A stretch of 64,000 nucleotides of DNA from positions 94,311 to 158,310 of the IMG/VR virus record IMGVR_UViG_3300042894_006198, one strand, 5' to 3'. Source of the stretch: a virus. Within the stretch, counting starts at the first letter, position 1. Every line of letters begins with the position of its first letter. Positions 39,214-50,480 of the stretch are shown here, in pieces. The notes below the pieces were generated by a model. The model did no database searches. It was not told the origin of the DNA and saw nothing but the letters and a program-made list of their open reading frames with translations. A program made the position numbers and the translations under genes.

Positions 39214-40378
39214 TATTCTTAAGGAGAAATCATGGGATCGTTTAATCGTAAAATAGTTGAATCTTTAGATGTTCTCAACAAAATTTTAGCTTTAATTTTT
39301 GTTACCATGTCAGGTATCACCTTTTTTGGCGAAGTATTTGAAAACTTTTTACCCGCACTAATGTCAGCATTAGGTATTCTTGTCGTAGGTATCGTTACTT
39401 GTGGCTATACAGCAATACTTATTAATGTAAATCAAAACATTGAAGCAATGCGTGACAAAATTAACCCCGCACCAAAGGAATAAAAAATGCGTAATATATT
39501 CGGTTATATAGTTTGGCAACTTAATCAATGGGAAAAAGAGACATGGTTTATGTTTGGTTGTGTTTTAATTTCTATAATTTTTACAGTTTTTGAACAACCT
39601 TTAATTGGCATGAGTTTCTTACTTTTGATTCCTATTTTTGGTGCATTTAGTTTGTTGAAAGAAAATCTACAAAAAAGTTATAAAAAATATCAGCGTATTA
39701 AAGAAGCATCTGAGGATAGTCCACTATGATAGAAACATTTTACAAAAAAGTTGGACGTAAGTATGTCCCTGTGTCCATGTATGACCCAAGTTTTGATAGT
39801 TCTTTTAGTAATGGTTGTACGTTAGTCGTTGTAACGCCAAACTACTCTATCCGCAAATACAACATAGACCCCGAATTTGCTCCATTAATTGCTGCAGCAA
39901 CCTTTGCACGTGATGCAATAAGTAAATCACTGCGTGATAGTTTAGATGCCCGTCCTTCTCAAACACCTATAACACAGCAACAACGTGAAGCTTGGATTAA
40001 ACTTTCTGAAGCTTTTGGGGAAGAATGTCATCCATTACAATATCCAAGCATATATGAGGCTGTTGAGTGTGGATTAAATGCGTTAGTAAATGAGGCAGCA
40101 AACACACTGAAAAACCCCACGGTAAAAACAGCATATGATAATTTTATGATGATTTATCAACTGACAAAATAATGACATTTCTCTATCGTACTATCTTCTT
40201 ATGTATTTTTTTAGTCCTGATAAGAAATGGGGCATTGTTTTTAGATAAAAATTTTGCAGATCAATCTATTTTACCTCCTCCTGAACTTAGATACTACCAT
40301 GTAAACCATTCGGCACTTTGTGCCGATGGTGTAACTATGTATGGTAAATGCAGTCAAAAAAGCGATAAATAATATTCT

Positions 40379-41890
40379 ATGCTCAGAGATTTTTTTACTT
40401 TTAGTCGTTGGACATTATTTGTTGCTTTAGCTATAAGTATTATAGCTGCCTACTATAGTATTATTGGATTGACAGCAATTTTTGCAGGTGCTTTTGTTTC
40501 TATAGTAATAATGGGCACTGTATTAGAAGTTGCAAAAGTTACCACTACGGTATGGCTGCACAAGTTTTGGCAACGTTCAGGTTGGACTATAAAACTATAT
40601 CTAACCACAGCGGTTATTACCCTTGCTTTTTTAACAAGTATGGGTATATTTGGCTTTTTATCAAAAGCACATATTGATCAAGGTGTTCCAACAAGTGATG
40701 TAGCATCACAAGTTTCGTTGCTTGATGAAAAAATTAAGACTGAACGTGATAATATTGAAACTGCTAGAAAAGCTTTGCAGCAGATGGACAATCAAGTTGA
40801 TCAGTTATTATCACGTGGTACAACTGAACAAAATGCAGAACGAGCAGTAGTAATACGTAGACAACAAGCTAAAGAACGTTCTAATTTGCAAAATGATATA
40901 GCACGTTCACAAGAAACAATTAGAAAATTAAACGAAGAACGTGCGCCAATTGCTAGTCAATTACGTAAGGTTGAAGCAGAAGTTGGTCCTATCAAATATA
41001 TAGCAGCATTAATTTATGGTGATAATCCTGATGCAACATTGCTTGAACGAGCTGTACGTTGGGTAACTATTGTGATTGTTGCTGTCTTTGATCCACTTGC
41101 TATAATCTTAATTTTAGCTGCAAATAATTCTTTAGCTTGGGAGCGTGAAGATCGTAATAAAAAACGTAAAGAAGATGAACAACAATATGAACAAGATGAT
41201 GGTTCACTTACTGACGATCAAATTGAGCAAATCAAGGAAACCGTAAAAACTGAAGAACCTATCGTAGAAAACCGAGTTGAACAGGTATATTTAACAAAAC
41301 GATGGGTGGATAAGGTGCCTGGGGTGTCGGTGCCGCATCAAGTTTATACGCCACCACCAAAAGATGAAGAAATCGTAACACCTGAGCTTACTATCGATAG
41401 TATTTCACTTACAGCAGATACGATGCTTGATCCTATTGAAGCAGATACTAAATTTAAACCTGTTCATCTTACTAATAATGAAGAAATAATAACAGACAAT
41501 GTAACTAAGTTAAAACCATTGTTTAAATCTACGGAAGAATATGTTAATTTTGATGGTAAAAGTATGAGTATGTCAGCATTAAAAGGTATACGTCCTGACC
41601 TAATTCATCCTGCTGATAAACCATGGCCTAACGAAATTAACTTTGGTGCAACGTTTCCTGAAGAAGCGTTAAGTGGTGATACATATATTAGGATTGATAA
41701 ATTACCTCACGTAATTTATAAGTTTAATGGTTCAAAGTGGATTGTTGTTAATAAGCAACAGAATACTACTTATTTGGCTCATGATGGTTATCTTGATTAT
41801 CTTATCGAGTGTATTAAAAATGGAAGCATTGATATTGATACATTGACTGAGGTAGAAAAAGAAGAAATCGAGCGCAAACTCAGTGCTTGA
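40379..41890 (+). CDS. Multi-pass membrane protein with a long coiled-coil
   Basis: Three N-terminal transmembrane helices, a coiled-coil and another transmembrane helix. ATAAATA upstream. Confidence 0.65.
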   Translation: MLRDFFTFSRWTLFVALAISIIAAYYSIIGLTAIFAGAFVSIVIMGTVLEVAKVTTTVWLHKFWQRSGWTIKLYLTTAVITLAFLTSMGIFGFLSKAHIDQGVPTSDVASQVSLLDEKIKTERDNIETARKALQQMDNQVDQLLSRGTTEQNAERAVVIRRQQAKERSNLQNDIARSQETIRKLNEERAPIASQLRKVEAEVGPIKYIAALIYGDNPDATLLERAVRWVTIVIVAVFDPLAIILILAANNSLAWEREDRNKKRKEDEQQYEQDDGSLTDDQIEQIKETVKTEEPIVENRVEQVYLTKRWVDKVPGVSVPHQVYTPPPKDEEIVTPELTIDSISLTADTMLDPIEADTKFKPVHLTNNEEIITDNVTKLKPLFKSTEEYVNFDGKSMSMSALKGIRPDLIHPADKPWPNEINFGATFPEEALSGDTYIRIDKLPHVIYKFNGSKWIVVNKQQNTTYLAHDGYLDYLIECIKNGSIDIDTLTEVEKEEIERKLSA

Positions 41891-41947
41891 CAAGTTCAAT
41901 CTTTTACGATAAGATCACATCATTAACAATTAATTTGTGAGGTTACA

Positions 41948-42631
41948 ATGAAAAAAACACTCTTGGCAGTGGCACTTACTTCAACTGTATTGGGTGGCTG
42001 CGGCACTACTAATAAACTCTTTAGTGATGCAGGAATAAAAAGTGGCGATCAAACTGCTATTAGCGAACAACGTGTTACACAAGACTTTAAGCGTAGAGGA
42101 GTAAAACTTGAATATAGTTTGTTCTTGCGTGAACTTAAAGCCATTGAAGTAACAGGATATGCGCCTGTATGGGGAAATAGTCCCAATGCAACCGAAAGTG
42201 CATATAAGGTTGCCGAATTAGATGCAAAGAAAAAACTTGTAGACTTTATCTATCGTGAAACTGTAGCAAGTGAAACTAGCGTTAATATGATTAGTAAATC
42301 ACTTGAACGTGCACGTGATCAAAAAACAAACCGTATAGCAAGTAATTATGATAACCAAAGCGTATCTGTAAGTGATATTGATGTTGAAGGTAAAGCCACA
42401 CAAGCTGTAGGTAGCCCCCAAAATGTAAATGTTGCAACACGTAATGATGCAGTAGAAATTGCTACTACCATGAATCAAATTATTAGAAACAATAACAAAG
42501 GTATCTTAGGTGGGTTACGATTAGTTGATAATGCTGTATTAGATGGTGGTAAAGTAGTGAGCGTAGTATATCGTTGGGACTCAAAACATACTAGTGATAT
42601 TCAATCAGTTCGTCGCCAAATGAGTCGTTGA
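41948..42631 (+). CDS. Lipoprotein (LPP20-like)
   Basis: Lipobox LGGC and an AYKVAELDAKKKL helix. Promoter at 41887-41915. Confidence 0.6.
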   Translation: MKKTLLAVALTSTVLGGCGTTNKLFSDAGIKSGDQTAISEQRVTQDFKRRGVKLEYSLFLRELKAIEVTGYAPVWGNSPNATESAYKVAELDAKKKLVDFIYRETVASETSVNMISKSLERARDQKTNRIASNYDNQSVSVSDIDVEGKATQAVGSPQNVNVATRNDAVEIATTMNQIIRNNNKGILGGLRLVDNAVLDGGKVVSVVYRWDSKHTSDIQSVRRQMSR

Positions 42632-42632
42632 T

Positions 42633-43742
42633 ATGAAGAAGTTGCTTGCTTCAACGCTAATTGCTGTGCCATTAATTGCACATGCTGATGTATGGACTGT
42701 GATTAGCGTAACTAAATTTTTAGTTGAACATTTTAATAATCAACCACCAACTCAACGTGTTCGTGTACAAGTTGAATCAAACACTGCTGTAAACGCACAA
42801 CAGGCAGCATGGCGTGAAGCATGTAATCAAACATGGGGAAGTAGCTTAATCTCAGATTTAAGCACAACTAACACAAGGCTTTTAACTGATCGTGTTGCTT
42901 CAAGCTCAAGTTGCTATATTAAAAATTATACAGTAGTTGATTCTCATGTTTATGTAAACCATATAGGCGAAAAGAAATACCGTGTTCAAATGGACGTAAC
43001 AACATCACCTAATAACGTTGATGGTAGAATTTTGGGTAATTCTACTGATACTAAACAATTACAAGGTGATCAACATCAAGCTGCTATAAAATCTTTGGTT
43101 GATAGCAGAAAGTCACAAGATAATTTAATTAAATCTTATTTAAATTTTTACCCTGAAGGCGCATGGGATGTTGAAGTCAATAAAGTACAAAGTGGCGTAA
43201 TCAATACGCAACCTTATTTAAGAATTTCTTATGAGTATAAGCTTAGTTACAAATTTATGCATGGGTTGTGGCAAGTTGTTGACCGTATGAAAGTTCCGAC
43301 AAATAGCGTTAGCGTATTGGATAGACGTTGCTATAGTGAGGGTAGTCGTATTGATACAAATTGTATACAGCACTATAGTCGTAATGATAATGGTGTGCGT
43401 AGCGTAAAATTAACGATGCGTGAATCAGGACAATTGTTTGGTGAATCTGATACCGTTACATTAACACATGGTAATTATGAAACTTTAGTTCAGGAGATTG
43501 CACGTTTAAGACATACAGTTATTCAATTTAATTTTAAAGATGCTAGTGGTAATGTATTATTAAGGACGTGTGATCGTAACGTTACTATGAACAATATTAT
43601 GTTGCAGGGTAGTGGTACAGGTTTGATTCAAGGTGATCGATATACTAAAAATACTTTACAAATTAATTTAACAGAAATTGATTTGGAAAATTTAAAGAAT
43701 TATCAATCCTTAGAAGCTAAAGTAGCAAGCACTTGTTATTAG
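42633..43742 (+). CDS. Secreted/periplasmic protein
   Basis: Signal peptide [18 protein letters not shown] with an A-x-A cleavage site. Confidence 0.6.
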   Translation: MKKLLASTLIAVPLIAHADVWTVISVTKFLVEHFNNQPPTQRVRVQVESNTAVNAQQAAWREACNQTWGSSLISDLSTTNTRLLTDRVASSSSCYIKNYTVVDSHVYVNHIGEKKYRVQMDVTTSPNNVDGRILGNSTDTKQLQGDQHQAAIKSLVDSRKSQDNLIKSYLNFYPEGAWDVEVNKVQSGVINTQPYLRISYEYKLSYKFMHGLWQVVDRMKVPTNSVSVLDRRCYSEGSRIDTNCIQHYSRNDNGVRSVKLTMRESGQLFGESDTVTLTHGNYETLVQEIARLRHTVIQFNFKDASGNVLLRTCDRNVTMNNIMLQGSGTGLIQGDRYTKNTLQINLTEIDLENLKNYQSLEAKVASTCY

Positions 43743-43756
43743 GGATAAGTATCAAT

Positions 43757-44998
43757 ATGGGTGACGTTTATCATTTTCAAGAATGTAGTTTTTGTGGCAA
43801 ACACAAAAATGTGGTTAAAAAACTTATTGTAGGTGAGAGTACTGCTATATGCAGTGATTGTGTTGAACTATGCAATGATTTGCTTAAAGACGAAGAACCT
43901 GATGGTGATGATGCACCAAAAAAGATAAGTTTTTATGCTGATGATATTAAAAATTTTCTTGATCAATATATCATTGGTCAAGATTATGCTAAGAAAATTA
44001 TCAGTGTGGCAGTATCAAATCATTACAAGCGGATTACTTCGGAAACAAAAGAATTAGAAATTCAAAAAGCTAACGTGTTGATACTTGGTCCGAGTGGCGG
44101 AGGTAAAACGTTATTAGCCAAAACTGTTGCAAAATATTTAGACGTGCCATTTGTTATTGCAGATGCTACCTCATTAACTGAGGCAGGATATGTTGGTGAT
44201 GATGTAGAAAGTATGATACAACGGTTAGTAGCTGATGCTGACAATGACATTGAACGTGCTCAACGTGGCATTGTATTCATTGATGAGATTGACAAAATTG
44301 CAAGAAAAAGTGAAAGTGCTAGTATTACACGTGATGTAAGCGGCGAAGGTGTGCAGCAAGCATTGTTAAAAATTGTAGAAGGCACAGTATGTCGTATTGC
44401 ACAACAGGGTAAACGCAAACATCCAAGTAATGAAATGTTAGAAGTTGATACAAAAAATATTTTATTCATTGGTGGTGGTGCGTTTGTTGGATTAACGGAT
44501 ATTATTTCACGTAGGATGCATGGTAATAGTATTGGTTTTAGTGCACAAGTTGGACAGGCTGAATCTACAAGTGACGTGTTGGCTAAAGTAAGTCCTGATG
44601 ATTTGACTAAGTTTGGGATGATTCCTGAATTAATTGGTCGTTTTACTAGTCGTGTGTCTATCACGGAACTTAATAAAGAGCAACTTGTAAATATTTTGAC
44701 TAATGTAAAAAATAATTTTATTGAGCAATATCAATATTTGCTAAGTTTAGATGAAATCGAATTAACTTTTACAAAAGAAGCTATTGAACAAATTGCTGAT
44801 AATTGTCTAACATTAAAGACAGGTGCACGTGGTTTGCAATCTGAGGTAGAAAGAGTATTAATGAATGTTATGTTTCATGCTAAACAGCTTAAAGGTAAGC
44901 AAATTGAAATAGATAAAAAGCATGTAGAAAATCCTGATTTACTAAATACATATTGGGAATCTTACCTAGGACAATCATTAAGAAAAGGAAAAAAATGA
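43757..44998 (+). CDS. clpX: ATP-dependent Clp protease ATPase subunit
   Basis: CSFCG...CSDC Zn domain, [37 protein letters not shown] loop, IGF loop and GARGL. Confidence 0.95.
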   Translation: MGDVYHFQECSFCGKHKNVVKKLIVGESTAICSDCVELCNDLLKDEEPDGDDAPKKISFYADDIKNFLDQYIIGQDYAKKIISVAVSNHYKRITSETKELEIQKANVLILGPSGGGKTLLAKTVAKYLDVPFVIADATSLTEAGYVGDDVESMIQRLVADADNDIERAQRGIVFIDEIDKIARKSESASITRDVSGEGVQQALLKIVEGTVCRIAQQGKRKHPSNEMLEVDTKNILFIGGGAFVGLTDIISRRMHGNSIGFSAQVGQAESTSDVLAKVSPDDLTKFGMIPELIGRFTSRVSITELNKEQLVNILTNVKNNFIEQYQYLLSLDEIELTFTKEAIEQIADNCLTLKTGARGLQSEVERVLMNVMFHAKQLKGKQIEIDKKHVENPDLLNTYWESYLGQSLRKGKK

Positions 44999-45204
44999 AA
45001 GTAGTTATTAAAGAAGGGCAATCTTTTGAAAGCGGTATAAGAAAGTTTAAGAAAAAAATTCTTGAAAGTGGTATCATGCAAGAATTGCGTGATCGTCAAG
45101 AATATACTAAACCTAGCATTGCTAGAAAAATTGCAAGAGGTAAAGCAGTAAGTCGTTGGAAAAAATATTTACGTACACAGGAATTGCCAACTAAGTTATA
45201 TTAA
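44995..45204 (+). CDS. rpsU: Ribosomal protein bS21
   Basis: [11 protein letters not shown]...[16 protein letters not shown], 69 aa and basic. Confidence 0.85.
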   Translation: MKVVIKEGQSFESGIRKFKKKILESGIMQELRDRQEYTKPSIARKIARGKAVSRWKKYLRTQELPTKLY

Positions 45205-45363
45205 ATATTAATGAGGTTAATATGATTAATACATTGTTTCAATGGCAGGAAGTAGAAGTAACACCTGAGGAAGAAGAAGCATGGCAAAACTTTTTAACCA
45301 AATATCATGAAAATCCACCACGACAAGAAAATCTAGAAACTACAATTCCAAGGGAGAAAAAAG

Positions 45364-45747
45364 ATGGCATACAGTGAACAGGTAATAGATCATTATGAAA
45401 ATCCAAGAAACGTGGGTAGTTTTGATAAGTCCGATAGCGATATTGGTACAGGTATGGTTGGTGCACCTGCTTGTGGTGATGTTATGAAATTACAAATAAA
45501 GGTAAAAGATGGAATCATTCAAGATGCAAAATTTAAGACGTATGGATGTGGCTCAGCGATTGCAAGTAGTTCGTTGGTTACGGAGTGGGTTAAAGGCAAA
45601 ACTTTGGACGAAGCGTCGATTATCAAAAATACTCAAATCGCACAGGAACTTGCACTCCCACCCGTTAAGATCCACTGTTCGATACTTGCTGAAGACGCAA
45701 TTAAAGCAGCAATAAACGATTATAAAAATAAACACGCTATACAATGA
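45364..45747 (+). CDS. iscU: Fe-S cluster scaffold
   Basis: HYENPRNVG, APACGD, GCGSAIAS and LPPVKIHC. Confidence 0.96.
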   Translation: MAYSEQVIDHYENPRNVGSFDKSDSDIGTGMVGAPACGDVMKLQIKVKDGIIQDAKFKTYGCGSAIASSSLVTEWVKGKTLDEASIIKNTQIAQELALPPVKIHCSILAEDAIKAAINDYKNKHAIQ

Positions 45748-45953
45748 TTGTATTTTTTGTTGTCAACTTTATCATTGGCGTGATTTTTATATTAAGTTCA
45801 CGGTGGACAGTTGATCCTCAAGTAAAAATGAGTATGCCACCACAAGATATTGAACAAATTAATCTTGAGCTTGATAGACGGGAAGAAGTAGGGGTACTAT
45901 TTCTTTTGATATCAGCATTTTTTCTTATATTATTAATTTTATAGAGGTATTCA

Positions 45954-46973
45954 ATGAGAATTGAAGATGAAATCAAGCTTGATTTCAAGGATGTACTAAT
46001 TCGTCCAAAGCGTAGTACACTATCAAGTCGTAAAGAAGTTGATTTAGTAAAGTTTTATAAATTTAAACATAGTAGATATGAATACGAAGGTATTCCTATT
46101 ATGGCAGCTAATATGGACGGTGTGGGCACAATGTCAATGGCATTAGCATTGGGTAAGCATAGACTATTTACATGTCTAATTAAGAGCTATAATAAAGATA
46201 TAGAAAACTTCACAGAATTTAAAGTAAGCAGGGACCACTATGCAGTTAGTACGGGCACTAGTGATGAAGATTTTCGTAATTTAAATACTATTTTAACGGG
46301 TTTAGGTGCTCAATTTATCTGTATTGATGTAGCCAATGGATATAGTGAACATTTTGGTGACTTTGTTGAAAGCGTAAGAAATCGTTGGCCTGATAAAACA
46401 ATTATTGCAGGTAATGTAGTTACAGCAGATATGACACAGGAGTTAATATTACGTGGGGCAGATATTGTTAAAGTTGGGATTGGGCCTGGCAGTGTGTGTA
46501 CTACTCGTGTACAAACAGGTGTGGGTTATCCTCAACTTAGTGCAATCATCGAATGTGCCGATGCTGCTCATGGTCTTGGTGGGCATATTATTGCTGATGG
46601 AGGGTGTATTTGTCCTGGGGATGTTGCTAAAGCTTTTGGTGCAGGAGCAGATTTTGTAATGCTTGGTGGCATGTTTGCGGGACACGATGAAGGTGGTGGT
46701 ACTATAGAAAACGGAAAAGTTACGTTTTATGGCATGAGTAGTGAAACTGCTATGGAAAAACACCATGGTGGTGTAGCAGATTATCGTAGTAGTGAAGGAC
46801 GTACGGTAGAAATTCCCTATAAAGGTAAAGTTTCACAAACTGTACTTGATATATTAGGTGGACTACGTAGCACTTGTACCTACGTTGGTGCGTCAAATTT
46901 AAAACAACTTCCTAAATGCACTACATTTATTAAAGTCAACCGTCAAATTAATGATGTGTTTATCCAAAAATAA
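45954..46973 (+). CDS. guaC: GMP reductase
   Basis: [39 protein letters not shown] and YRSSEG. Confidence 0.93.
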   Translation: MRIEDEIKLDFKDVLIRPKRSTLSSRKEVDLVKFYKFKHSRYEYEGIPIMAANMDGVGTMSMALALGKHRLFTCLIKSYNKDIENFTEFKVSRDHYAVSTGTSDEDFRNLNTILTGLGAQFICIDVANGYSEHFGDFVESVRNRWPDKTIIAGNVVTADMTQELILRGADIVKVGIGPGSVCTTRVQTGVGYPQLSAIIECADAAHGLGGHIIADGGCICPGDVAKAFGAGADFVMLGGMFAGHDEGGGTIENGKVTFYGMSSETAMEKHHGGVADYRSSEGRTVEIPYKGKVSQTVLDILGGLRSTCTYVGASNLKQLPKCTTFIKVNRQINDVFIQK

Positions 46974-47011
46974 TCGTATATTTTACGAATTTTGATAAAA
47001 TATATACTGAG

Positions 47012-47073
47012 GTAGATGCCAAATGGGTCTACTTTTAAAAAGTCATCTTGCTTAATAAAGGAGAAAAAACATG
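47012..47073 (+). promoter_or_regulatory. ROSE-like RNA thermometer in the hsp20 5' UTR
   Basis: A 5' hairpin (GTAGATGCC-AAAT-GGGTCTAC), then TCTT(G)CTT-AATA-AAGGAGA pairing over the SD with a bulged G. Confidence 0.65.
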
Positions 47074-47523
47074 ACAAACACATTGACATTACGTTCATTT
47101 GATATTCCCACAATTACAAAATTTGGTATTGGTTTTGACCGCATGTTTGATGAGCTATCACGCTTTAATGACATGTCGCAACAAACTAATTATCCCCCAT
47201 ATAATGTAATTGAAGTTACTGAGGACAAGTACATTGTAGAGTTAGCAGTAGCGGGATTTAAAGAGGGAGAAATTGACATTACTGTAAACAATCGTAATTT
47301 GATTGTTAAGGGTCAACGTCAAACAACCACTATTGAAGGTGAAGAAACTAAATTTATTCATCATGGTATTAGTGCTCGCTCTTTTACACGTAGTTGGCCT
47401 ATTGCTGAGTACGTGGAAGTAACAAGTGCAACGCAAGAAAATGGTATCCTATCAGTTACGCTAGAGCGTAAAATTCCTGAAGAAAAGAAGCCAAAAACTA
47501 TTGCAATCACTTATGTAAAGTGA
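47071..47523 (+). CDS. Small heat-shock protein (IbpA/Hsp20 family)
   Basis: IGFDRMF, NYPPYNV, ELAVAGF, HHGISARSF and NGILSV. Confidence 0.93.
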   Translation: MTNTLTLRSFDIPTITKFGIGFDRMFDELSRFNDMSQQTNYPPYNVIEVTEDKYIVELAVAGFKEGEIDITVNNRNLIVKGQRQTTTIEGEETKFIHHGISARSFTRSWPIAEYVEVTSATQENGILSVTLERKIPEEKKPKTIAITYVK

Positions 47524-47595
47524 TAAAATCATAAATACTAGAGTCAGCGTAGTCACTTTAGCTACGCTGTTCTCTAGCTTATTAGAGGATACTAT

Positions 47596-47904
47596 ATGTC
47601 TAAAACTGATGTGAAAACTAGAATTAAACCTAATTTGAAATTGCATGAACCAAATTTGTTTAAAATCATCTATATTAACGATGATGTTACTACTATTGAA
47701 TTTGTTATTGAGTCACTTATGGAATACTTTCAGTATACTTCCGAAAATGCCTTAGAATTGACTAAAAATATACATAATGAAGGTAGCGCAGTTGTAGCAG
47801 TTTTGCCATTTGAAATTGCTGAACAAAAAGGTTTAGAAGTTACGTTAGCTGCTAGGGCACAAGGTTTTCCATTACAAATTAAAATAGAAGAAGAAAAAAC
47901 TTAA
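47596..47904 (+). CDS. clpS: N-degron adaptor ClpS
   Basis: NDDVTTIEFV, IHNEGSAVV, EIAEQK and FPLQ. Confidence 0.9.
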   Translation: MSKTDVKTRIKPNLKLHEPNLFKIIYINDDVTTIEFVIESLMEYFQYTSENALELTKNIHNEGSAVVAVLPFEIAEQKGLEVTLAARAQGFPLQIKIEEEKT

Positions 47905-48596
47905 CTTATAATTACTTTTTTCGGATAGTAGGGGTCATGCATTTTAGGATTGTTGACATATCTTCTAGCATTAAAAGTATAATCTATTGAACGTTTATAT
48001 GACCCAAATAACCAATGATCAACTTTATGATCTGAATCACTTGCTAAACACATAATTAACCCCATAGGATCATCAACTTTTAACGTAGGATCTCTAAAAG
48101 ATACTTGTTGTGAAGGTAAAGAACTTGTAATTAATGTAATACGATTTGCGTCATGATGCTTTTGTAAATTTCTTATCGTTCTTGTTAGGTAAGTCATATC
48201 TTCATTATGATAATCACTTAGTTTTTCTTTGTTTGCGTTAGTCTCGTTAATATCTTGAGCATACCACCCATTAGCCCCAACAAATGCAATACCATTAAGT
48301 ATAACTACGTGATTGTGTAAGTACACTACATTAGGTAATGGTCTACATATATTACGCATAGATTCAATAACATCGTGTGAGCTTATATATTGGTTTTCTA
48401 AACTACCATCAATAAACAATACACCTCTATAATGTTGACTTAGATTTGTTAAGACATTATCAACTATGGCATGATCTGAACTAACGTTACCTGCTACTAT
48501 ACAAAAAAGTGATGTTGCTTTACCATCCCAATCAAAAGTGTCTTTTACTGTTAAGTTTAAATCACTTATTAAATCCACCGCAAAAGATAAATCCAT
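47901..48596 (-). CDS. Degenerate calcineurin-like metallophosphoesterase homologue
   Basis: Colinear with 59160-60005, but the metal ligands are replaced. Start reassigned to ATG48596. Confidence 0.65.
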   Translation of the reverse strand: MDLSFAVDLISDLNLTVKDTFDWDGKATSLFCIVAGNVSSDHAIVDNVLTNLSQHYRGVLFIDGSLENQYISSHDVIESMRNICRPLPNVVYLHNHVVILNGIAFVGANGWYAQDINETNANKEKLSDYHNEDMTYLTRTIRNLQKHHDANRITLITSSLPSQQVSFRDPTLKVDDPMGLIMCLASDSDHKVDHWLFGSYKRSIDYTFNARRYVNNPKMHDPYYPKKVIIS

Positions 48597-48597
48597 A

Positions 48598-48882
48598 TTA
48601 CATTTTGGGTTTTGGTGTACGTGGTTTTCTAGCTTTAGTTGCTTTAGGCTCCATCGCAGGTACCTCTTTCTTTTCTTTTTTAATAGGCGCAACTACCACA
48701 TTATCTTTTTTAGGTTGTCTAACTGTAGGTTTTTTAGCGGGTGCAGTAGCCTCAATATGTTCATCTGCAGGTTTACCAACCGTTTGTAACGGTTGTGGGG
48801 CAGGTAATGGTGCGGGTGCTTCAATACCTTTTTGACCATCAGTAAATAAACTTCTAAAAAATTTACCTAATTTTTCTAACAT
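48598..48882 (-). CDS. Basic Pro/Lys-rich low-complexity protein
   Basis: SD AAGGAG and TTAAATA upstream on the - strand. Confidence 0.65.
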   Translation of the reverse strand: MLEKLGKFFRSLFTDGQKGIEAPAPLPAPQPLQTVGKPADEHIEATAPAKKPTVRQPKKDNVVVAPIKKEKKEVPAMEPKATKARKPRTPKPKM

Positions 48883-48967
48883 TGTTATTCTCCTTAATTA
48901 AGTATTTAATCAAATTTTACTCATATAACCATTTTAGGTAAATAATTTTTGTTATAAGGTTTAAAAC

Positions 48968-49480
48968 ATGCAAGTTGAAGAATTGTGCTTTGTTTCTAAA
49001 ATTGAAAATTTTAAAGAGTTAAAGGGAATTATTTTAGAAAAAATTAATAGTATGGGTCAACTTGACTTTAATAATAGCTTTCAAAATATTTGTCATACTG
49101 ATTATCATTTAAATAATGCATTTGAAAGACCATATGTTGAATTTATACAACCAAGTTTTGTAAAACACCTAACTGAATTAAATTCTACTTTTGGATATGA
49201 TTATTTTGAATTCGGTTATATTTGGTTTCAACAATATGAAAAAAATGGGTTTCATCCATGGCATTGCCATCCTGATAGCACATTTTCAAATATAGCTTTT
49301 ATTGAATTACCTAGTAGCAATGTTTCAACTCAAATTAAAATAAAAGATTATCAATTTTCTATTGACGTAAAGGAAGGTGAGATATTATCGATGCCTGGTT
49401 CATTTTTACATTGTTCCCCAATAAATAAATCAAAAAGAAAAACTGTAGTTGTTTGTAACACTTTTAACTATGTCTCTTAA
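48968..49480 (+). CDS. 2OG-Fe(II) oxygenase-like protein
   Basis: HPWHCH...LHCS...RKTV double-stranded beta-helix pattern. Confidence 0.7.
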   Translation: MQVEELCFVSKIENFKELKGIILEKINSMGQLDFNNSFQNICHTDYHLNNAFERPYVEFIQPSFVKHLTELNSTFGYDYFEFGYIWFQQYEKNGFHPWHCHPDSTFSNIAFIELPSSNVSTQIKIKDYQFSIDVKEGEILSMPGSFLHCSPINKSKRKTVVVCNTFNYVS

Positions 49481-49967
49481 AAAATTCACATTAAAAGAAT
49501 TTATGCATGCTCCACTACCATCTTTAACTGATCAAAGGAAAAAATTATATCGCCCTACTAAACGTGAAGTTAAACATTTTTATAAACTAATTAACCAAGA
49601 TATATTTAAAAATAAGTTAACAATGCCAACTATTGAATTAGTCTCACATAGAAAATATTTGGGATTGTGTCAAGGAAAAAATAGATGGGGTAAACCTTAT
49701 GATACAGGTTCATACTGTACAATAAAATTAATAGACAAATTTTACTGTAGACAATGGTTTATTACAACTTTGGCGCACGAGATGGTTCATCAATACCAAT
49801 GGGATATACTTAGTGGAAAACGAAGGAAACAAGGTAAAAGCCCTATTATGAGTCACGGACCTTCATTTTATGTATGGAAAACCAAATTAAACAAATTTTC
49901 CATACCATTAAAAAAACACTTTAAATTACATAAATGGTTTCAATATCAACAATTGGATAAATGCTAG
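49470..49967 (+). CDS. SprT-like zinc metalloprotease
   Basis: TLAHEMVH...SHGPSF. Confidence 0.75.
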   Translation: MSLKKFTLKEFMHAPLPSLTDQRKKLYRPTKREVKHFYKLINQDIFKNKLTMPTIELVSHRKYLGLCQGKNRWGKPYDTGSYCTIKLIDKFYCRQWFITTLAHEMVHQYQWDILSGKRRKQGKSPIMSHGPSFYVWKTKLNKFSIPLKKHFKLHKWFQYQQLDKC

Positions 49968-50000
49968 TTGTATTTTACAAAAACTAAGTTATAATGCCCT

Positions 50001-50480
50001 ATGTCTAACGATAAAAAACCCAATAGTATGAAGGGACGAACTAGCTTTGATGCTAATGTGGCAGGTTTACCTGCAATTTTTATCAATAGAAACATAACAG
50101 AATATCCTGTTGAGGTAAGTGCGCCAAAGTTTGATCTTGTACCAATTCAACAACAAAAAGATGTTATGTTAAATGTGGCAAGGTTGCATGCCCAACAAGA
50201 ATATGATAGGATTATGCAACTTGTAAATGTTTTACAAGATCAAGCAGCACAAATTAAACGTAGGTTAGATATTACAGATTGGGTACATGCAGCAGAATAT
50301 AAGTTTCAAATAGCACATGGTCAAACTTATTGGTTATTATTTGATCATAAAATTAATGGAACCCGTTTGTCGTTGCATGGACCTAACGATTGGAGTACAG
50401 GAGTACCCGAAAGTTATGAATATATAACCAAAGTTAAATGGTTAGGTGATTATACTTGGATAGAAGTCGAAGGAGATTAA
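50001..50480 (+). CDS. Conserved hypothetical protein (DUF2452-like)
   Basis: EYPVEVSAPKF, a coiled-coil, GQTYWL and DYTW. Confidence 0.5.
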   Translation: MSNDKKPNSMKGRTSFDANVAGLPAIFINRNITEYPVEVSAPKFDLVPIQQQKDVMLNVARLHAQQEYDRIMQLVNVLQDQAAQIKRRLDITDWVHAAEYKFQIAHGQTYWLLFDHKINGTRLSLHGPNDWSTGVPESYEYITKVKWLGDYTWIEVEGD

